This document shows positions 16,080-24,715 of a DNA stretch of 43,387 nucleotides, piece after piece. The first letter of the stretch is position 1; every line of letters starts with the position of its first letter. A model generated the notes under the pieces. That model did not search any database, was not told where the DNA came from, and worked only from the letters and a program-made list of their open reading frames with translations. Origin of the DNA: Candidatus Methylomirabilota bacterium (GTDB lineage Bacteria > Methylomirabilota > Methylomirabilia > Rokubacteriales > CSP1-6); assembly GCA_046725765.1 (NCBI GenBank), contig JBKOZH010000010.1, forward strand, positions 1-43,387, written 5' to 3'. Both the position numbers and the translations under genes were made by a program.

Positions 16080-17819
16080 TTAGCCGGCGAGCTTGCGCTG
16101 GGTGTCGGCGAGCGTTTCGGCTATGGGCCGCGGCAGCCGCCGACCGAACTGGCCGTAGAAGTCGCCGAGGTCGGCGAGCGCCTGCGACCATTCGGCGGAG
16201 TCCACGCGCAGCGCTTCATTCAACTGCGCGCGCGAGAGCGCGAGCCCGTCGGTGTCCAGCGCGTCCGGGGTGGGAACCCAACCGATCGGCGTCTCGTGCG
16301 CACGTCCGCCGCCGCGGACCCGCTCGACGATCCACTTGAGCACGCGGACGTTGTCGCCGTAGCCCGGCCACAGGAATTTCCCGTCCGCACCGCGGCGGAA
16401 CCAGTTCACGCGGAAAATACGCGGCGGCTTCGCGGCGCGCGGGCCGGTGGCGAGCCAGTGCGCGAAGTAGTCGGCCATGTTGTAGCCGCAGAACGGCAGC
16501 ATCGCCATCGGGTCGCGGCGGACGACGCCGACCTGTCCGGTAATGGCCGCCGTCGTCTCGGTGCTCATGGCTGACCCGAGGAACACGCCGTGCGTCCAGT
16601 CGAAGGCCTCGAAGACCAGAGGAATCACTGTCGTGCGGCGTGAGCCGAACACGAACGCCGAGATCGGCACGCCGTGCGGCTCTTCCCAGTTGGGTGCGAT
16701 CGAAGGGCATTGCTGAGCCAGGACCGTGAACCGTGAGTTCGGATGCGCGGCGGGCGTGCCGGGCTTCCACGGCTTCCCCTGCCAGTCCACGAGCCCGGCC
16801 GGCGGCTCCGGCGTCAGTCCTTCCCACCACGGCTCGCCGGAGGGCGTGAGCGCGACGTTGGTGAAGATCGTGTTGCTCTTCACCATCGCGGTCGCGTTGG
16901 GATTCGTCTTGGGGCTGGTGTTCGGCGCCACGCCGAAGAAGCCGCGCTCGGGATTGATCGCGCGCAGTTGGCCCGTGGAGTCGACGTGGATCCACGCGAT
17001 GTCGTCACCCACCGTCCACACGCGCCAGCCCGGCCGCGACGAAACGGCCATGGCGAGGTTCGTCTTGCCCGACGCGCTCGGCATCGCGGCGGCGATGTAG
17101 GTCACCTCGCCCTGCGGGTCCTCGACGCCGATGATGAGCATGTGCTCGGCGAGCCAACCCTCTTGCCGTGCCTGCCACGAGCCCAGCCGCAGCGCATGAC
17201 ACTTCTTGCCGAGCAGCGCGTTGCCGCCGTAGCCCGAGCCGACGCTCCAGATCAGCTTTTCTTCGGGGAAGTGCAGGATGAGCCGGCGCTCGGGCGAGAG
17301 GTCGCCGAGCGAGTGCACGCCGGCGATGAAGTCGTCATCGCGGCGCATCGCCTTGATGGCGGGCTCGCCGACACGCGCCATGATGTGCATGCTGGCGACG
17401 ACGTAGGCGCTGTCGGTGACCATGATGCCCGTGCGGCTCATCGCCGAGCCGACCGGGCCCATGAGGTACGGGATGACGTACATCGTGCGCCCGCGCATGG
17501 CGCCTTTGAAGTACGCGCCCGCCTTCGCTTTGGCCTCGGCGGGAGCCATCCAGTTGTTCGTCGGACCGGCGTCCTCGCGCTCGCGCGTGCAGATGAAAGT
17601 GAGCTGCTCGGTGCGCGCGACGTCCGAGGGGTGGCTGCGGTGCAGGTAGGAGTTGGGATAAGTCCGGGCGTTGAGAGCGAGCAGCGTACCGTCACGCAGC
17701 ATCTGCTCGATCAGACGGTCGTACTCCTCCTTGGAGCCGTCGCACCACACGGTCTCGGAGGGCCGCGTCATGCCCGCGGTCTCGTCGACCCACTTCTCGG
17801 CCACGCTGGTCGCGCTCAT
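16080..17819 (-). CDS. pckG: Phosphoenolpyruvate carboxykinase (GTP)
   Basis: Track ORF trimmed to MSATSVAEKWVDE... (ATG at 17819). Motifs seen: FPSACGKT-type P-loop as MPSASGKTNLAM, YGGNALLGKKCHALR, and WEEPHGVPISAFVFGSRR. These are a GTP-PEPCK hallmark. Confidence 0.93.
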   Translation of the reverse strand: MSATSVAEKWVDETAGMTRPSETVWCDGSKEEYDRLIEQMLRDGTLLALNARTYPNSYLHRSHPSDVARTEQLTFICTREREDAGPTNNWMAPAEAKAKAGAYFKGAMRGRTMYVIPYLMGPVGSAMSRTGIMVTDSAYVVASMHIMARVGEPAIKAMRRDDDFIAGVHSLGDLSPERRLILHFPEEKLIWSVGSGYGGNALLGKKCHALRLGSWQARQEGWLAEHMLIIGVEDPQGEVTYIAAAMPSASGKTNLAMAVSSRPGWRVWTVGDDIAWIHVDSTGQLRAINPERGFFGVAPNTSPKTNPNATAMVKSNTIFTNVALTPSGEPWWEGLTPEPPAGLVDWQGKPWKPGTPAAHPNSRFTVLAQQCPSIAPNWEEPHGVPISAFVFGSRRTTVIPLVFEAFDWTHGVFLGSAMSTETTAAITGQVGVVRRDPMAMLPFCGYNMADYFAHWLATGPRAAKPPRIFRVNWFRRGADGKFLWPGYGDNVRVLKWIVERVRGGGRAHETPIGWVPTPDALDTDGLALSRAQLNEALRVDSAEWSQALADLGDFYGQFGRRLPRPIAETLADTQRKLAG

Positions 17820-17943
17820 GGACGAACTCCTGGCGTCATGAAGATCCGCCCCCCGGTGTTCACGATTGTCCGTGTGGGATGGCGCCGTGTCAAACAACTT
17901 CTTGCGGCCCGGTAAATTTCTTTCAGCGTGCTAGCATGCCGCC

Positions 17944-18687
17944 GTGTCGCGCGCGCTGTTGGCCGTCCGCTACCTGACGATCCTGCCCCTGTCGCGTCGC
18001 AGCCATGCCGGCCTGGAAGATCTGGGCGCGGCCGCGCCGTGGTTCCCCGTGGTTGGTGTGGGCTTGGGACTGGTCCTTGCCGCGGTCGACACCATCACCA
18101 TCCGTCTGTTCCCGCCGCTGCTTGCCGCGCTGCTGACGGTAACGACGTGGAAGCTGCTGACGGGCGGGCTACACCTGGACGGGCTCGCCGATTGTCTGGA
18201 CGGCCTCGCGGGCCGCGACCCCGCCGAGCGCCGCGCGATCATGAGCGACAGCCGCATCGGCGCATTCGGGGCGGTCGGCCTCATCTTCTTCCTCATGCTC
18301 GAGCTGGCCGCCGTGAGCGAGCTGCCGCACGCGGCACGCTGGCGCGCGCTGGTCGCGGCGCCCGCTGTGGCTCGGGCGACGCCCGCGCTGCTCGGTCGCC
18401 TGTTCCGGCCGGCGCGTGCGGTGGGACAGGGCGCGACCTTCGCGGCGGGGCTGGCGCCCGCCGGCGTCGCCATCGCGCTCGGCGTCGCGATCGGGGCGGC
18501 CGCCGTGGTCCTCGGCGCGGTCGGCGTGCTCGCCGCGGTGGTCGGCGTTGTCGCCGCGGTGGCGATCGGGGCGTTTCTCGCACGCCGTTTCGGCGGGGTG
18601 AGCGGCGACGTGCTGGGTGCGGGCATCGAGGTCGCGGAGCTCGCGGTGCTGTTGACGGTCTCGGCGTGGACGCACACGCGAGTCTGA
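17944..18687 (+). CDS. cobS: Adenosylcobinamide-GDP ribazoletransferase (cobalamin synthase)
   Basis: 247 aa, GTG start. LAVRYLTILPL...WFPVVGVGLG...GGLHLDGLADCLDG...RFGGVSGDVLGA is a polytopic CobS signature. Confidence 0.88.
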   Translation: MSRALLAVRYLTILPLSRRSHAGLEDLGAAAPWFPVVGVGLGLVLAAVDTITIRLFPPLLAALLTVTTWKLLTGGLHLDGLADCLDGLAGRDPAERRAIMSDSRIGAFGAVGLIFFLMLELAAVSELPHAARWRALVAAPAVARATPALLGRLFRPARAVGQGATFAAGLAPAGVAIALGVAIGAAAVVLGAVGVLAAVVGVVAAVAIGAFLARRFGGVSGDVLGAGIEVAELAVLLTVSAWTHTRV

Positions 18688-19280
18688 TCTATCTCCTGCG
18701 TCACGGTGAGGTGGCGCAGGCCGACCCGCGACGATTCATCGGCCATCTGGACGTCCCGCTCTCGGAGCGCGGCGAGGCGCAGTGTCGGGCGCAGGCACGA
18801 CGCTTGCGCGATGTCGCGATCGCGGCTCTCTACACGAGCGACCTCGTGCGCGCGCGGCGCAGCGGCGAAATCATCGGCGCGCCGCACGGTCTCACGCCCA
18901 CGCTCGTCACCGATCTGCGTGAAATGGCCATGGGGCGCTGGGAAGGACTCACCGCCGATGAGATCCGGCAGCGCGAGCCCGACGCGTTCGCCGACTGGAT
19001 GGCGCGCATCGGTGAGTTCCCATTCCCGGAGGGCGAGAGCGTGCCGGATCTGCTCGCGCGCGCTGGTCCGGCCTTCGACGCCATCGTCGCGCGCGCACCG
19101 GGCCCGGCCATTGCGATCGTCGCCCACGGCGGCACCAATCGCGCGCTGCTGTGCCGCGCGCTCGGGCTGCCGCTCGCCCGCCTGCTCGCGCTCGGCCAGG
19201 ACTACGGCGCGTTGAGCGTGCTCGAGCGGGCGCATGACGGCTGGGCGCTCTGCCGGCTCAACGAGCGGCCGGTGCTATGA
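18666..19280 (+). CDS. cobC: Alpha-ribazole-5'-phosphate phosphatase (histidine phosphatase family)
   Basis: This is the 3' part of the 450-aa track ORF, GTG at 18666 (overlaps cobS by 22 nt). LIYLLRHGE (RHG motif)...GRWEGLTADEI...VAHGGTNRALL. It is adjacent to cobS. Confidence 0.8.
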   Translation: MDAHASLIYLLRHGEVAQADPRRFIGHLDVPLSERGEAQCRAQARRLRDVAIAALYTSDLVRARRSGEIIGAPHGLTPTLVTDLREMAMGRWEGLTADEIRQREPDAFADWMARIGEFPFPEGESVPDLLARAGPAFDAIVARAPGPAIAIVAHGGTNRALLCRALGLPLARLLALGQDYGALSVLERAHDGWALCRLNERPVL

Positions 19281-20272
19281 TGCGCGGCGCGATGCAGGCG
19301 CCCGGCCCCGACACGCTGCTTTCGATGTACGCGTCGATGCTGCGCGTCCGTCTCTTCGAGGAGCGCGCGCGCGAGCTGTTTCAGCACGGTCGGATCCCGG
19401 GATTTCTCCACACGTCGGTGGGTCAGGAAGCCGTCGCGGTCGGTGTTGCCGCCGCGCTGCGGCCCGACGATTACGTGCTGTCGACACACCGCGGACACGG
19501 ACACCTCGTCGCGAAAGGCGGCTCGCTCCGCGGCCTGATGGCGGAGCTCTACGGCAAAGCCAACGGCATCTGCCACGGCAAGGGCGGCACCATGCACATC
19601 GCGGACGTGTCGGTCGGCTACCTCGGTGCCAACGGTGTGCTCGCGTCCGGCTGCGTGATCGCTCCCGGCGTCGGGATGTCGATCAAACAGCGCAAGTCCG
19701 GTCAGGTCGTCGTCACGTTCTTCGGCGACGGTGCCGCCAACCGCGGGCCCTTTCACGAGGGCGTGAATCTCGCCGCGCTGTGGACGCTGCCCGTCGTCTT
19801 CGTGTGTGAGAACAACCGCTGGGCGTCGTCCACCGCGCACGCACGCTCGACGGCGGGCGGCTCGATTGCGGCCCGCGCGGCGAGCTACGGCATTCCCGGT
19901 GAGAGCGTGGACGGCAACGACGTGCTCGCGGTCTACGACGCGGTGGGGCGCGCAGTCGCGCGCGCCCGCGGCGGCGACGGCCCATCGCTGATCGAGGCGC
20001 ACACGATCCGCTGGGTCGGTCATTTCGAGGGCGACCCGCAGGCGTACCGCGGCCGCGACGAGGTCGAGGAAGGTCGCCGGCGCGATCCCATCGCCCGTCT
20101 GGAGCAGGTGCTCACAGAGCGCGATCTGCTCGACGCCGCGCAAGCCGCGCGGATCCGCGAGTCGGTCGCCGCGGAAATTGACGATGCCGTGGCGCACGCC
20201 GAGGCGAGCGCGCTGCCGCGCGGCGAGGACGCGCTGACCGATCTGTTCGCCTATTACCCATGGCGAGACTAG
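19277..20272 (+). CDS. Thiamine-diphosphate-dependent 2-oxoacid (pyruvate/acetoin/branched-chain) dehydrogenase E1 alpha subunit
   Basis: 331 aa. GFLHTSVGQEAVAVG, HRGHGHLVAKG, GKGGTMH, and the TPP motif FFGDGAANRGPFHEGVNLAALWTLPVVFVCENN. The ATG overlaps the cobC stop (ATGA). Confidence 0.9.
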   Translation: MMRGAMQAPGPDTLLSMYASMLRVRLFEERARELFQHGRIPGFLHTSVGQEAVAVGVAAALRPDDYVLSTHRGHGHLVAKGGSLRGLMAELYGKANGICHGKGGTMHIADVSVGYLGANGVLASGCVIAPGVGMSIKQRKSGQVVVTFFGDGAANRGPFHEGVNLAALWTLPVVFVCENNRWASSTAHARSTAGGSIAARAASYGIPGESVDGNDVLAVYDAVGRAVARARGGDGPSLIEAHTIRWVGHFEGDPQAYRGRDEVEEGRRRDPIARLEQVLTERDLLDAAQAARIRESVAAEIDDAVAHAEASALPRGEDALTDLFAYYPWRD

Positions 20273-21231
20273 ACTTCGGCGACGCGCTCAATCTCGCCCT
20301 GCGCGAAGAGATGCGCCGCGAGCGACGCGTGTACTGCATCGGTGAGGACATCGTGCTCGGCCTGCCGTTCGGCGTCACCAAAGGACTGATCGACGAGTTC
20401 GGCCCCGAGCGGGTGCTGAACGCACCGATCTCCGAAGCCGCCATCGTCGGCTCCGCATTCGGCGCCGCGGCCACCGGCCTGGTGCCGGTGGTCGACATGC
20501 ACTTCGCGGATTTCGTCACGTGCGCGATGGACGAGGTCGCCAACCAGATCGCCAAGTCGCGGTACATGTTCGGCGGTCAGCTGGACTGCCCGCTGACGCT
20601 GCGCATGCCGTACGGCATCGGCAAGTCCGGCGGCGGCCATCACTCCAACTCGGTCGAGGCGTGGTTCGTGAACCTGCCCGGCGTGAAGGTGGCGATTCCG
20701 TCGACGCCCGCAGACGCGCGCGGCCTGCTCAAGACCGCCATCCGCGATCCCGACCCGGTGCTGTTGTTCGAGCACCGCGCGCTCTACCGCGTCGTGGGTG
20801 AGGTGCCCGAAGCCGAGACGCTCGTGCCGCTCGGCTCCGCCGACGTCAAGCGCGCCGGACGGGACGTCACGGTGATCGCCACCGCGCGCATGGTGCACGA
20901 GAGCCTCGAGGCGGCGCGGCGATTGGCGGAAGAAGGCATCGACGTAGAGGTCGTCGATCCACGCAGCCTGGTGCCGCTGGACCGCGAGACGCTGGCCGCT
21001 TCGGTACGGCGAACGCACCGCGTGATCGTCGCCGAGGAGGGGCCGATGCGCGGCTCCGCCGGCGCGTGGCTGGCCTGGGTCGTCATGGAAGACTCATTCG
21101 ACGAGCTCGACGCCCCGATCGGCCGCGTGGCGGCGCCGAACGTGCCGATCCCGTTCAGCCCGCCGCTGGAGTCGTTCGTGATGCCCTCCGCCGACGACGT
21201 CGTCGTCGCCGTTCGCCAGGTCGTGAAATAG
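20260..21231 (+). CDS. 2-oxoacid dehydrogenase E1 beta subunit
   Basis: 323 aa. VYCIGEDIV...GPERVLNAPISEAAIVGSAFGAAATGLVPVV, HSNSVEAWFVNLPGVKVAIPSTPADARGLL, DPVLLFEH. This is a transketolase-like pyrimidine-binding domain plus C-terminal domain. Confidence 0.9.
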   Translation: MARLDFGDALNLALREEMRRERRVYCIGEDIVLGLPFGVTKGLIDEFGPERVLNAPISEAAIVGSAFGAAATGLVPVVDMHFADFVTCAMDEVANQIAKSRYMFGGQLDCPLTLRMPYGIGKSGGGHHSNSVEAWFVNLPGVKVAIPSTPADARGLLKTAIRDPDPVLLFEHRALYRVVGEVPEAETLVPLGSADVKRAGRDVTVIATARMVHESLEAARRLAEEGIDVEVVDPRSLVPLDRETLAASVRRTHRVIVAEEGPMRGSAGAWLAWVVMEDSFDELDAPIGRVAAPNVPIPFSPPLESFVMPSADDVVVAVRQVVK

Positions 21232-21311
21232 CGCCGAGCGGCGCTTGGCCGCGCTCCGTTGCGGTACTATTCGCGCGTCAGGCGGCCGCCCGGCCGCAGA
21301 AGGAGTCGCTC

Positions 21312-22856
21312 ATGAGAATCGCCGTCGTCGCGCTCGCGGCCGTGCTCGCCCTCGCTATCCCGGCGTTCGCCCAGCCGGCCGAGCAGCCGCGCGCGGGTGG
21401 GGTGTTTCGCGTGGCGACCATCGGCGAGCCGCCGACGCTCGACCTGCACACGACGACGGCCACGATCGTGCAGCAGATCACGTGGCACTTCTACGAGACG
21501 CTCTTCACATACGACGCGCAGTACAACCCGATCCCGCTGCTCGTCGACACGCATACCGTCACCGACAACGGCCGCACCTATGTGTTTCGGTTGCGCCGGG
21601 GGGTGAAGTTCCACAACGGCAAGGAGCTGACCGCGGCCGACGTCGTCGCCTCACTCAAGCGCTGGGGCCGCCTCGCGACACCGGGCAAGCAGTTCTGGAA
21701 GAACGTCGAGGGTGTCGAGGCGAAGGACGCCTCCACCGTCACGATGTACCTGAAGGATTCCTCCGGCGCGCTGCTCATGGGGCTGGCGCGGCCGAACAAC
21801 GGCGCCGTCATCTATCCCAAGGAGATCGTCGACGCGGCTGGCGACAACCCCGTGAAGGAGTACATCGGCACCGGCCCCTATCGCTTCGTCGAGCACAAGC
21901 CCGACCGACACGTCCGCGTCGCGCGGTTCAAGGACTACGCGGCGCGCTCGGAGGCGCCGAACGGCTTCGGCGGCCGGCGCACCGCCTACTTCGACGAGAT
22001 CCTGTTCATCCCGGTGCCCGACGTGGCCGTGCGGCTCGCGGGCGTGGAGACCGGCGAGTATCACCTCGCGCTGCAGATCCAGCAGGACCAGTACGAGCGG
22101 ATCAAGACCATGCCCGGTGTCGTCGCGGCGCTGAACAAGCCCGAAGCGTGGAGTACCGCCGTCCTGAACCACAAGCAGGGCCTGATGACCGACAAGCGAA
22201 TCCGCCAGGCCTTCCAGGCCGCGCTCGACATGGAGCCGATCATGGCGGCGGGATTCGGCAACAAAGCCTTCTATCGGCTTGATCCCGGCCTCTCGTTCCC
22301 CGAGCAGCCGCAGTGGCATTCGCGCGTCGGCGCGGATCTCTACAATCAGAAGAATCCCGCGAAGGCAAAGAAGCTGCTGCAGGAGGCGGGCTACGCGGGC
22401 CAGCCGGTGCGGTGGATCTCGACCAAGGAATATCAGTGGATGTACAAGAACGCCCTCGTCGCCAAGCAGCAGCTCGAGGCCGTCGGCTTCAAGATCGACC
22501 TCCAGGTCGTGGACTGGGCGACGCTCGTGCAGCGTCGCAACAAACCCGAGGCGTGGGACGTGTTCTCGACGGGCATCACGTTCAACCCCGAGCCCGCCTT
22601 CAGCACGGCGACCAACTGCAACTGGCCCGGCTGGTGGTGCCACGAGGACAAGGAGCAGTGGTTGGACTCGCTCGCGCGCGAGACCGATCCGCGCAAGCGG
22701 CGCGCGATGTGGGAGAAGGTACAGCAGATCTTCTACGAGGATGTTGGGCGCGTGAAGTTCGGCGATAATTTCGGGCTCGAGGCCGTCCGCAAAGAGGTCC
22801 ACGGCTACCGCCCAACGAACGAGAAGAATTTCTGGAACGTCTGGCTATCCCGATAA
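21312..22856 (+). CDS. ABC transporter substrate-binding protein, family 5 (peptide/glutathione/nickel, DppA/GsiB-like)
   Basis: Trimmed from the 596-aa track ORF to ATG 21312, preceded by GAAGGAG. Signal peptide MRIAVVALAAVLALAIPAFA. GGVFRVATIGEPPTLDLH..., YRFVEHKPDRHVRVARF and QLEAVGFKIDLQVVDWATL are typical SBP_bac_5 features. Confidence 0.9.
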   Translation: MRIAVVALAAVLALAIPAFAQPAEQPRAGGVFRVATIGEPPTLDLHTTTATIVQQITWHFYETLFTYDAQYNPIPLLVDTHTVTDNGRTYVFRLRRGVKFHNGKELTAADVVASLKRWGRLATPGKQFWKNVEGVEAKDASTVTMYLKDSSGALLMGLARPNNGAVIYPKEIVDAAGDNPVKEYIGTGPYRFVEHKPDRHVRVARFKDYAARSEAPNGFGGRRTAYFDEILFIPVPDVAVRLAGVETGEYHLALQIQQDQYERIKTMPGVVAALNKPEAWSTAVLNHKQGLMTDKRIRQAFQAALDMEPIMAAGFGNKAFYRLDPGLSFPEQPQWHSRVGADLYNQKNPAKAKKLLQEAGYAGQPVRWISTKEYQWMYKNALVAKQQLEAVGFKIDLQVVDWATLVQRRNKPEAWDVFSTGITFNPEPAFSTATNCNWPGWWCHEDKEQWLDSLARETDPRKRRAMWEKVQQIFYEDVGRVKFGDNFGLEAVRKEVHGYRPTNEKNFWNVWLSR

Positions 22857-22875
22857 CGACGAGCGCGCCCGACCG

Positions 22876-23820
22876 GTGAAGACGTACATCGCGCGACGGC
22901 TGCTGGCGCTCATCCCCGTCGCCCTCGTCGTCGCCACCGTGGCGTTCGTGCTGATCCATCTGGCGCCGGGCGACCCGGCGTCGATCATCGCCGGCCCCGA
23001 CGCGAATCCCGACGACGTCGCGCGCATCCAGCGCCAGCTGGGCCTCGACGCGCCGTTTCACGTGCAGCTCTTGCGCTGGTACGGACGCCTCGCGCAGGGG
23101 GATCTGGGCCAGTCGATTTTCCTGCGCCGGCCGGTGCTGGAGGCGATCCTCGATCGGGCAGAGCCGACGATCCTCTTGACGCTCTACGCGACGCTCATCG
23201 CCGTGGCCCTGGGCGTTCCCGCGGGCGTGGTGGCCGCGCGCCACCACGACGGCGCCACCGACCAGGTGCTCATGGCCGGCGCGCTGCTCGGCATCTCGAT
23301 TCCCAACTTTCTGCTCGGCCTGCTGCTGATCCTGTTCTTTTCCGTGCGGCTCGGGTGGTTTCCCGTCGCCGGCTACTCGCCGCTGGAATACGGCTGGTTC
23401 GGTACGCTCCGCTCGCTCACGCTGCCGGCGTTCGCACTCGGCGTCGTGCAGTCGGCGCTCATCGCGCGCATCGCGCGCTCGGCGATGCTCGACGTGCTGC
23501 GCGAGCAGTTCATCGTCGCTGGTCGCGCCAAGGGGCTGGGCGAGCGCGCCGTCGTGTACAAGCACGCGCTGAAGAACGCGATGATCCCGACGGTCACCGT
23601 CATCGGCATCTCGCTCGCGATCCTGATCTCGGGCTCGGTCATCGTCGAGCAGGTGTTCAACATTCCCGGGCTTGGGCGCTTGATCATTTCCGCCGTGCTG
23701 CGCCGCGACTATCCGGTGATCCAGGGCGTCGTCATCTGCATCGCCGGCATCTACATGCTGGTCAATCTCGCCGTCGACCTCTCCTACGTCGTCTTCGACC
23801 CACGGGTCCGTTACCAGTGA
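22876..23820 (+). CDS. ABC transporter permease (DppB/GsiC-like)
   Basis: 314 aa, GTG start. MKTYIARRLLALIPVALVVATVAFVLIHLAPGDP... with an EAA-type loop SAMLDVLREQFIVAGRAKGL. Confidence 0.9.
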   Translation: MKTYIARRLLALIPVALVVATVAFVLIHLAPGDPASIIAGPDANPDDVARIQRQLGLDAPFHVQLLRWYGRLAQGDLGQSIFLRRPVLEAILDRAEPTILLTLYATLIAVALGVPAGVVAARHHDGATDQVLMAGALLGISIPNFLLGLLLILFFSVRLGWFPVAGYSPLEYGWFGTLRSLTLPAFALGVVQSALIARIARSAMLDVLREQFIVAGRAKGLGERAVVYKHALKNAMIPTVTVIGISLAILISGSVIVEQVFNIPGLGRLIISAVLRRDYPVIQGVVICIAGIYMLVNLAVDLSYVVFDPRVRYQ

Positions 23821-24704
23821 GCGTTTTGGCGCTGCCGCGACCCGCGGAGCCCGTGCGTCGCCGCGCGCTGTGGCTGTCGCGGCTGGTGCGGCGCCGCGCG
23901 ACGGTGGTGGGTCTCGTCGTGCTCGCGGCGACAACGGTCGTCGGTATTCTGGCGCCGGTGATCGCCGGCGACCCGCTGCGCATGGACGTGGCGGCGCGAC
24001 TCACGGCGCCCGGCGCCGCGCACTGGTTCGGCACCGACGACGTCGGCCGCGACGTGTGGAGCCGCGTCGTCTACGGCGCGCGGCTTTCGCTGCTGGTCGG
24101 CGCCGCCGTCGTGCTGCTCGCGTTTGCGGTCGGGCTCGTGTGCGGCCTCGCTGCGGGCTACTGGCGGCATCTCGACAACCCCGTTATGCGCGTCATGGAT
24201 GGGCTGATGGCGTTCCCGGCGATCATCCTGGCGATCGCGCTGATGGCGTCGCTGGGGCCGAGTGTCGTGAACGTCATCGTCGCCATCGGTGTCGTGTACG
24301 CGCCGCGCGTGGCGCGCATCGTGCGCGGCTCGGTGCTGGTGATCCGCGAGACGACGTACGTCGAGGCCGCGCGCGCGCTTGGCGTCTCCGACCTCGTCAT
24401 CGTCGCGCGGCACGTGCTGCCGAACTGCCTCTCCCCGGTAATCGTGCAGGGCTCGTTCGTGTTCGCCGCGGCGGTGCTCACCGAGGCGGCGCTGTCGTTC
24501 CTCGGCGTCGGCGTCCCGCCCTACGTGCCGTCGTGGGGCAACATCCTGGCCGAAGGGCGGCTCTACCTGCAGCAGGCGCCGTGGCTGGTCCTCTATCCCG
24601 GTGCTGCCATCATGCTGACGATCTTCGGTCTTAACCTGCTCGGCGACGGGCTGCGTGATCTGCTGGATCCGCGGCTGCGCGGCCTCGTGCGCGAGCGCAG
24701 CTGA
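23817..24704 (+). CDS. ABC transporter permease (DppC/GsiD-like)
   Basis: This is the 3' 295 codons of the 449-aa track ORF. GTG at 23817 overlaps the preceding stop (GTGA). HWFGTDDVGRDVWSRVVYGARLSL... and TTYVEAARALGVSDLVIVARHVLPN. Confidence 0.88.
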   Translation: MSVLALPRPAEPVRRRALWLSRLVRRRATVVGLVVLAATTVVGILAPVIAGDPLRMDVAARLTAPGAAHWFGTDDVGRDVWSRVVYGARLSLLVGAAVVLLAFAVGLVCGLAAGYWRHLDNPVMRVMDGLMAFPAIILAIALMASLGPSVVNVIVAIGVVYAPRVARIVRGSVLVIRETTYVEAARALGVSDLVIVARHVLPNCLSPVIVQGSFVFAAAVLTEAALSFLGVGVPPYVPSWGNILAEGRLYLQQAPWLVLYPGAAIMLTIFGLNLLGDGLRDLLDPRLRGLVRERS

Positions 24705-24715
24705 AAGGGCCCGTC

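Noticed and set aside
15874-16083. Plus-strand 69-aa ORF (MKKRLTVLDGQLLHLREPG...) in the gap after pckG
   Set aside because: It has no SD and an Arg-rich low-complexity C-terminus. It lies antisense to the more protein-like methyltransferase-relic frame, and its GC3 is explained by being the complement of that frame.
21230-21246. Short GC hairpin GCGCCG-AG-CGGCGC right after the E1 beta stop, considered as an intrinsic terminator
   Set aside because: The stem is only 6 bp with a 2-nt loop, and it is followed by TTGG rather than a U-tract. That is not convincing, and similar palindromes are frequent by chance at this GC content.
19202-23934. Minus-strand ORFs 19202..20197, 20269..21018, 21651..22802 and 22600..23934
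   Set aside because: All are antisense to the E1 alpha/beta, binding-protein and permease genes. Their composition is Arg/Asp/Gly/His-rich with no motifs.
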